Positions 22,068 to 64,000 of a stretch of 64,000 nt of DNA are shown here, piece after piece; position 1 is the first letter of the stretch; each line of letters begins with the position of its first letter. The notes beneath the pieces are model-generated. The model did not search any database and had not been told where the DNA came from. It was given only the letters and a program-made list of their open reading frames with translations. The stretch comes from Podarcis cretensis. Taxonomy: Eukaryota. Where the stretch lies: contig OX638150.1 of the NCBI GenBank assembly GCA_951804945.1, forward strand, positions 56,482,001 through 56,546,000, in the 5' to 3' direction. The position numbers and the translations under genes are program-made.

Positions 22068-22423
22068 AGCAGGGTGCTACACCAGGGGAGGGTAGCCGGT
22101 GGGTCTCAAACCCTCAGTGAATTAGGAATTTCTCCTGCATATGAAGACAGGCTCTGAGTAGCTGAGAACAATAGTGGGCCCCACCACTTCTAGTTCAAGA
22201 CTCTATCTCATACAGCACACCACGTGCTGGCATGTTTGCACTCACAGATAAAATAGCAAAACAAATTGCATGTCTGTCTCCCAAACTTGCATAAAGTAAA
22301 TATTTGGGAGGCATTTTAAGACCTGGACATTCTCTTGGATGTCAAGATAGCATCCATGATACGAGTAATGCCTGTTGGTTGGTTCATCAGCTGTATCTCC
22401 TTCTAGGAGCAGCAATGTAGCTA

Positions 22424-24210
22424 AATAATAATAATAATAATATTTATACCCCGCCCTTCTGGTTGGGTTTCCCCAGCCACTCTGTGCAAATCGCAGCATA
22501 TATCAGAACATTCTAATACATCAGACATTAAAAACGTTTTGATACAGGGCTGCCTTCAGATGTCTTCTAAAAGTCAGGTAGTTAATTATTTCCTTGACAT
22601 CTGGTGGGAAGGTGTTCCACAGGGCGGGCGCCACTACCGAGAAGACCCTATGCCTGGTTCCCTGTAACATCACTTCTTGCAGTGAGGGAACCGCCAGAAG
22701 GCCCTCAGAGCTGGAGTTCAGTATCCGGGCTGAACGATGGTGGTTGAGACGCTCCTTCAGGTATACTGGGCTGAGGCCATTTAGGGCTTTAAAGGTCAGC
22801 ACCAACACTTTGAATTGTGCTCAGAAACGCCCTGGGAGCCAATGGTCCTCACGGCCACTCTGTCACCAGTACAGCTTCCTCATTCTGGATTAGTTGTAGT
22901 TTCTGGGTCACCTTCAAAGGCAGCCCCATGTAGAGTGCATTGCAGTAGTCCAATCAGGAGATGCACCACTCTGGCGAGAGAGTCTGCAGGCAGATAGGGT
23001 CTCAGCCTGCGTACCGTGGAGCTGGTAGACAGCTGCCCTGGACACAAAATTGACTTGAGCCTCCATGGACATCTGTGAGTCCAAAATGACTCCCAGGCTG
23101 CACACCTGCTCCTTCAGGGGCCCAGTTGCCCCATTCAGGACCAGGAAGTCACCCACACCTGCCCACACCCGTCCCCCCAAAACAGTACTTCTGTCTTGTC
23201 AGGATTCAACCGCAATCTGTTAGCTGCCATCCATCCTTCAGCCGCCTCCAGAAACTCATACAGGACCTTCACTGCCTTCACTGGTTCAGATTTGAAGGAG
23301 AGGTAGAGCTGGGTATCATCCACATACAGGTGAATGCCCAGCCCAACACCCCTGATGATCTCTCCCATCAGCTTCATATAGATGTTAAAAAGCATGAGAG
23401 AGAGGACAGAGCCCTGAGGCACCCCACAAATGAGAGCCCAGGGGTCTGAACACTCATCCCCCAACACCACTTTCTGGACATGGCCCAGGAGGAAGGAGCT
23501 GAACTACTGTACAACAGAAGATTTGAGACTGGGTGATAGTTGATCATATTGGCCGGGTCCAAACATGTTTTTTTTTAAGAAGTGATTTAATAACAGCTTC
23601 TTTAAGCAGCTCTGGGAAGACTCTCTCACAGAGGGAGGCATTCACCACCCTGCAGAGCCCATCACCCAGTCCTTCCCAGCTCGCTCTTATGAGCCAGGAT
23701 GGGCAAGGATCAAGAAACAGGTGGTCGGTTTCACTTGTCCAAGCAGCCTGTCCACATCCTCGGAGGTAACAGATTGGAACTGATCCTACACAATTTGACC
23801 AGACAGGACTCCAGCACTCTCCTGTCCCAGCCCCACTACCACAGTGGAATCTACCTCTTTCCGAATCTGAGCAACTTTATCTGCAAAAAACTTTGCCAAA
23901 CCATTCCAGGAGATCTTTGGGTCTTCACCAGACCCCAATGGTGAAGGTGGTTCTGTTAGATTGTGGACCACCTGAAAGAGTCTCCTGCTGCTGTTTTCTG
24001 CTGATGCAATAGAGGCGGCAATGAAAGTCCTCTTCGCCGTCGCTATTGCCGCTTGGTAGGCTCGACGTGGAGCTCTTACCCATGTTTGGTCAGATTCAGA
24101 ATGACTTTTCCTGCACTAGCGCTCTAGCCGTCTCAGTGATTGTTTTATCGCCCTCAGTTTCAAGGAAAACCATGCGGCTGTCAGGGTTCCATGCAGTCGG
24201 AGAGGGCGCT
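22424..24210 (-). mobile_element. Degenerate L2 LINE (frameshifted RT)
   Basis: Peptides GVPQGSVLS, YVDDTQLY, RLRLNPDKTEVL in several frames; (TTA)n tail. Confidence 0.9.
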
Positions 24211-25354
24211 TCTATACTTTCATTCACAGTATAGTAAACCTTTTGTTGGGACTACTACAACATGCTTTATGTATGTCTGATTTTGAAGGGTGTTCAGTAT
24301 ACTGTGACTCAATTGTTGATTTCAGCTAATCGCCATAATGCAATCGCCACACGTTTCTCTTCTGCAACATAGCATAGCATTTTTAATGTTGCCCAAGATT
24401 AGCAAAATGAAAATGACCACACTGTGAGAAAAGAAAGTTGTTTCTTTCTTTGGCTGTTATTTGGGGGGGGGGGGAGAGAGAGAGAAAAGGAGCGGGGGGG
24501 GGTGGAGAGAAAAGGAGCATGTCATTTTAAAAGATACAACTTAATGTGGATATTGGTAGGAAACTGGAGTGTCAGTTATTAAAATAAACCACCACGGGAC
24601 AAACAAGCAAGAGGTAGATAAAAGATTTTATCACAAAGTGACGCTTAAGAAAAAATGATGATACTAAACAAAAGAAATGGTTATGATAGTTCACGTAGCA
24701 TGAGTGGAAGGCAGGTTCGTAGGAGCTAACGGAACCTCATTCTTAGAAGTTGCCCCAGGGATTTTACACGTATAATCAAACTAAGAATTAGTAATTGGAC
24801 TCGCCATATCAGCCAGAATACATGGGGTGGAAAGTTGTAGCATGAATTAGTTGTCTCTTCAAAGTGGTGCTAATTATTAGCAACTTGGGCTTCTGATGCT
24901 CAGTGCAATATAACTACCACTATTTAAAAAAATGGTAAAACTAATGTGTCATCAGATATCACTCACTAAAGGTAGAGAAAGATTTGTAGACACAGATCCA
25001 TCTAAAGCTGAGCACCAGCTGTATGGGTAAGGGATGTGTGTGATCCCTTAGAAAGCAAATTTTAAAGGCTGGAATAAAGCTATAGTCAGGTCTTTGTAGA
25101 TGTGAAAAATGAATAACATAAGAGAACTGTTGGGTCAACCAAAGGCCAATCTAGCCTAACAGTCTGTTTCCCATAGTGGCCAATCAGGTGCCTATGGAAA
25201 ACCCATGAGCAGGTATGAGACAATAGTTAGTTGGCATCCATTTGTCTTGGGGGCAATGGAGGAGTGCGCCTTTGGGGGTGAAGTCAAACTATTGGAAGGT
25301 TATAATGTGTCAGTAACTGGTATACAAAAGCATGGTGCCTCTGATTTTGAAGGT

Positions 25355-25490
25355 GGGGCGGGAGAGCTCAGTTGGTAGACCATGAGACTCTTAATCTCGA
25401 TCTGCCTCATGTTGGGCAAAAAGATTCCTGCATTGCAAGGGGTTGGACTAGGATGGCCTTTGTGGTTTCTTCCAACTTGACAATTCTATG
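25355..25490 (+). mobile_element. tRNA-derived SINE with CR1-like tail
   Basis: A-box-like AGCTCAGTTGGTAGA, CTCTTAATC anticodon-arm remnant, CR1 3' tail GGGTTGGACTAG...TTCCAAC...TTCTATG. Confidence 0.7.
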
Positions 25491-27041
25491 GTCCATGAGG
25501 CAAGGTGAGGCAACTGCCTCACGTAGCAGGGTCCACAGGGGCGGAAGAGCTGGTCTCCAATGAATGCATCACACAGCGCAGCTGGCGTGGCAGGAGTGTC
25601 AGAGACTGCTGTGTCACTCCTTGGGAGGCTGGATACATCACCTCAACAGCTTGCAATGCTCCCCACTAGGAGCGGGGAGAGACCATCACCAGAGCCTCCT
25701 TTTTGCGAGGCCACTATGCAATGCTGCTGATCTCCCATCCCTAGGAGGAAATGGCAGAGGCTGTCCTCTGGAATCCTGGGATCTGCAACCACTCGGCATG
25801 ATTCAGACTGGGCCTCTTTTTCCTTCGCAAAGGCCTTTGATTCCCACTTCAGCTGCTGGGCAAGAATGATTTGATTCCCCCACCGCATGTTTCTTTGCTC
25901 ACTGGCATTTTCTGATCCGCCTCAGGTGCCAAAATGTCTTGGGTCAGCTCTCGTAGCAAGTAGCCATAATGGTGATCATCCACATTGGAGTTTTAATGTG
26001 GATTTCAAGATGGAGAGGGGGAATTTACACAACATCCTCTTGATCCAAGTGGATACCTGCACCGTCTCCCCACTAAACTTGATTTTCCCAAGTTAAGGAT
26101 AACTTAACACCCACGTTGCTCGAATGTGGATGCACTGAAGTGAATTGTATAGGCACACTTTTTTGTTTTGTTTTGTTTTGTTCTAAAGATGTATAGTGAC
26201 ATTTTGCTGGGTGCTATTATCACACACCCAACTTCAATTTTGTTTCTATCACCCTGAAGGAAAGGAGGCAGTTTGCATTTCCTTCTGTTGTTGCTGAAGG
26301 AATATTGAGTATTTTTAAAGCATCTGCTTTTGCACAGAAAAGATACATTAACAATAAACATAAAATTTACTCTTGCAGGTATGAGAGGGAGGAAAGGAGC
26401 GGGAGAAGGAAGTTGCAGTCTTTCATGGGAGTGATGCCACTGGAGCAACACACAACTATACACATGTAAGTATATTATTTTTGAGTGTAAATCTGATTTC
26501 CAACTTATGCTGGGTGGGGAAATACTGAGATCCTCAAATGTCTGGCCACTTCTCTTAATATGGAAGTTGCTGCAGCCCCCAGATATTTGGGTTGCTCTTT
26601 TTCACACCTTTCTCAGTCCTGCAATATCCTTTTCAAGTGTGATGGTCCGAACTGTAGTGTCTTCAAAGTGTGTTACATGCTTTAACTAAAACCACCCGAT
26701 TCAAAGAAGGCCCCTTATTCATAAGGGGGGCTTGAAGGTATGCACCCAGTCCACACCTTTTGATGCCAGAATTTCCTGGGGCTGGCAGATAGTTCAATTG
26801 CCCCCTATGATTCCACAGGCAATGGAGTTATTACTGAGGGTAGGCTGAACAAAAAGTGTATATAATATGAGGAAAATTGTACAGAGAGGCTTGGCTTTCC
26901 TAGGTCAGGCCTACACGGGGGGGGGGGGGGTACATGTATCCTTATCCTGGGTGGAGTTTTGGGTAGAGGAGTAGCCAACATGGTGCCCTTCAGGTTTTGG
27001 GACAAGTCACACTTGGCCACCAACCAAGCAATATTACACGC

Positions 27042-27365
27042 CAGTGCCGTATTAAACCCTATGAGAGGCCCCTAGGCAGTCTAAATCTCAGGGGGCCTCT
27101 CACAAATTATCTCAAAGCTTCTACTCAACTACTTGTGAATATTCTACTAGGATCTGGCATCCGTGGGAACTCGCCACACACTAACTCACAGAAAACTTCA
27201 TATCAGGTTTCTCGTGTGCGCACTCTAGAGGGATAACATTGAACATAAGAAATTGTAATTTTCGTTCAAGATCAAATATTCTTTTGATCCATTGTTGCAG
27301 GGCCCCTAAAAGGTGTGGGGTCAATAGGCTGCTGCTTACTCCACCCACTTCATAATCTGGCACTG
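27042..27365. mobile_element. hAT-type MITE
   Basis: TIR CAGTGCC / GGCACTG; 8-bp TSD ttacacgc / ttacaagc. Confidence 0.7.
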
Positions 27366-28892
27366 TTACAAGCACCAATCAGCCAGAAAACCCCCTTACT
27401 TGTGGGCAGGCAGCAATCACACCAAGAAAGATCAACTCAGATGAAGGAAAAATATATACAATCAGACCAGGCAGGTGCTAACCAGCCTCCCTGGCCTGAG
27501 GGGTGATTGGACCTATAGTAGGTCTGCTCCTACAGACTTAGCCCATCGAAAGCATTCCATATGGCTGGAAACTGACAGAATCCTGGTGTAATAACTCGCA
27601 AGTAAGGACACAAGCAAGGTCTGGAATTGTCCCTGATATGAAGCTAAAACATGCCCAACATTCAGTTGCCTGCCTTACTGTTTAGTTTGGTTAACAGTCT
27701 TGCCAGCCTAGGAAAGTAGTTTGATGGTAGGAGTATGTAATGTCAGAAGCAGGGATAGCCCACTCTAACTTTCCCCTTCCATTTTTGTTTTATAAGGAAG
27801 ATCTCAGAAGTATATTTTAGGAAGTACACAGTTAATACAAAGGGTATTTTTAGAAGAGTAATTCAGAGCAATGGAACATTTTTTAAAATAGTCTGTATCA
27901 GTTCACAGGATGAAATTTTTGCATGAAAAATTGCACCCAAGTGCCTGTTGCTAAGTATCATTTCATGTTAGCATGCACAGTATCTTGTAATCAGTGGTTA
28001 AATTTTGAAACCATGTGTTTAAAACTTCCTGTGGTATATATCTAAAATAAGAATTGAAAGTATAAGCAAATGTTGTGGGCATTCAATAAGCTCACCATGA
28101 CACAATGAAACACATTAAGGAGAAATGCAAAGAAACTATGTCACAAAATATCCAAATTATTATTATTAATGTCAAATGGGTCAAAGTTTGATAGAATGAA
28201 AAAGCTATTGAGAATTAGTTGACAAGTATTGCATCGTATGATAAAATGGTATGGTATCGGTGGCAGACCTTGGCGTCTCAAATTTCAGGGGTGTCCTATG
28301 TGACACCCCCTACTGCTTCTCACTTTCCGTTGGATTTCATAGTTGCAGTGCCTGCTGCAGTACCCCAGAAACTCTGCACCCAGTGCCACCAAACCAGTCA
28401 TGCTCCCCTAGATCCACCTTTGATAATAGGATGGAATATAGAAAGTTGTCTACATTAGATCTTTCAGCTGAGTGCTGACTACAATAACTGGCAGTGAGTC
28501 CCCAGGGTTTCAGGCAGAAGTCTTTCCCAGCCCTATCTGGAGATGCCAGAGAGTGCAGAGAACACTGGCAGGTTCTCTACCAGTGAGCCATGGTCAATGT
28601 TTCCCTGCAACACAATACATTACTATGTATAGTGCATCATCATGTACAGCAAGCAGAGGGCTACACTTTTAGCTTTGCCCCATCACCCCCAGTGATTACA
28701 TGTTGTACACAGTTGTCTGAGCAGAAAGCACAAAGCTTGAGCTCCTTCCTGCTCATGAGTAAGGGCTCTGTGTGATTTGGGTATCCCAATTGCACAGAGT
28801 TAATACACTGGGTATTCTGCTCATGCAACTTTGCACTATAGCTGCAATTTGGAAGGAAGAGATAGAGGTGCATCCCTGCTCCTTGGTCTACA

Positions 28893-29012
28893 CCAAACTC
28901 CAGATGTTTTGGGACTACAACTCCCATCATCCCTAGCTAACAGGCCCAGTGGTCAGGGATGATGCGAATTGTAGCTCCAAAACATCTGGAGGGCCGAGTT
29001 TGGGGATGCCTG
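28893..29012. mobile_element. hAT-type palindromic MITE (left end deleted)
   Basis: Same family as 49141-49277; gtctaca flanks. Confidence 0.7.
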
Positions 29013-29209
29013 GTCTACAGACTTAGAAGACTCACACATGAGAAATATTGAAAGAAGGCTTAGCTTTTAGAATACCACATTTCTGTGCTCAGAATTTTAA
29101 TCTCAATTTCCCCTCTTTTCAATAATACAACTGTTTAATATAAATCAACCAGCTACACATGCAGCAAAAAGTCTCCATCAGCAAACATCTGATGCTATCC
29201 AAAAGCAGT

Positions 29210-29215
29210 TTTATT
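29210..29215 (-). terminator. Candidate RAD50 polyadenylation signal AATAAA
   Basis: First AATAAA, ~54 nt downstream of the RAD50 stop. Confidence 0.45.
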
Positions 29216-29268
29216 TTCACTCTATTATGTTTTGGATAAGTCCTGTATCACAAAAGCATTTGCAAAAT

Positions 29269-63244
<33,976 letters not shown>

Positions 63245-63731
63245 TTAACTGATAAATCAAATACATCATTTACCTTTCTTCCTAGACAAGAATAAGAAAT
63301 TGTAATTAATAATTGAAGAAAGCAGAGCAAATTCCTTTTCTATATCATTATAGGTAGTTAAAATACTGACACGATGCTTTTGTTATGATATATCATCCTT
63401 CAGCTAATTTTCATTCCCAGATCAGAAGACAGACTAGATCAGATCTATTGGATCAGATCAGATAGATCAGATTTTGTGAGTAGGAAACCTCAGGCAGGCC
63501 TAGGGGGCAAATTTGGCTCTCCATGCCTCTCTATTGGGCCTTCAGATGTACATCAATAGCCTTGCCCTCCATTGTTGTTTTTGCTTGGCTAGATAGAATA
63601 TGTCATTGAACTCTAAAAATATTTCTTGCTTGCCTGGAAGAGGGATTTGTGAGTGGAGTGTAGAATCTAGCCTACTGTATGTAGATAACATTCACTGCCA
63701 TTGATCCATCCACTTTGACCTCTGACCAACC

Positions 63732-64000
63732 AAAATGGTCAAAGGCCTGGAAACGATGCCTTATGAGGAACGGCTAAGGGAGCTGGGCATGTTTAGCCTG
63801 GAGAAGAGGAGGTTAAGGGGTGATATGATAGCCATGTTCAAGTATATAAAAGGATGTCACATAGAGGAGGGAGAAAGGTTGTTTTCTGCTGCTCCAGAGA
63901 AGCGGACACGGAGCAATGGATCCAAACTACAAGAAAGAAGATTCCACCTAAACATTAGGAAGAACTTCCTGACAGTAAGAGCTGTTCGACAGTGGAATTT
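63732..64000 (+). mobile_element. CR1 LINE fragment (runs off the window)
   Basis: MPYEERLRELGMFSLEKRRLRGDM, a canonical CR1 ORF2 segment. Confidence 0.9.

Noticed and set aside
25355-25420. tRNA gene
   Set aside because: Degenerate head with no intact T-arm, fused to a CR1-like tail; it is a SINE.

Overview
Eukaryotic DNA from a squamate reptile, probably a lacertid lizard (inferred from Sauria SINEs, BovB, L2/CR1 LINEs and lizard MITEs), covering the Th2 cytokine locus. The right half holds a complete RAD50 coding sequence on the minus strand: 25 coding exons, 63175 to 29269, 1312 aa. Immediately 3' of RAD50, at the canonical IL13 position, is a 4-exon IL-13-like cytokine gene on the minus strand (copy B, 160 aa). 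A second intact, inverted paralog lies on the plus strand (copy A, 151 aa); the two face each other tail-to-tail across a ~4 kb spacer. The ORF track shows only fragments of these genes; I reconstructed them from splice sites. In places the introns and 3'UTRs of the two copies are ~96% identical, yet the mature proteins share only ~44% identity and helix A only ~55% nucleotide identity. Their cysteine patterns also differ: copy A has lost both cysteines of a putative IL-4-like N/C-terminal clamp, and a fossil in-frame K-C-T-S-stop remains behind its new stop codon. The rest of the window is interspersed repeats and candidate Th2 regulatory elements. All alignments and identities were counted by hand on short segments. 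Homolog comparisons come from memory and need confirmation by search.
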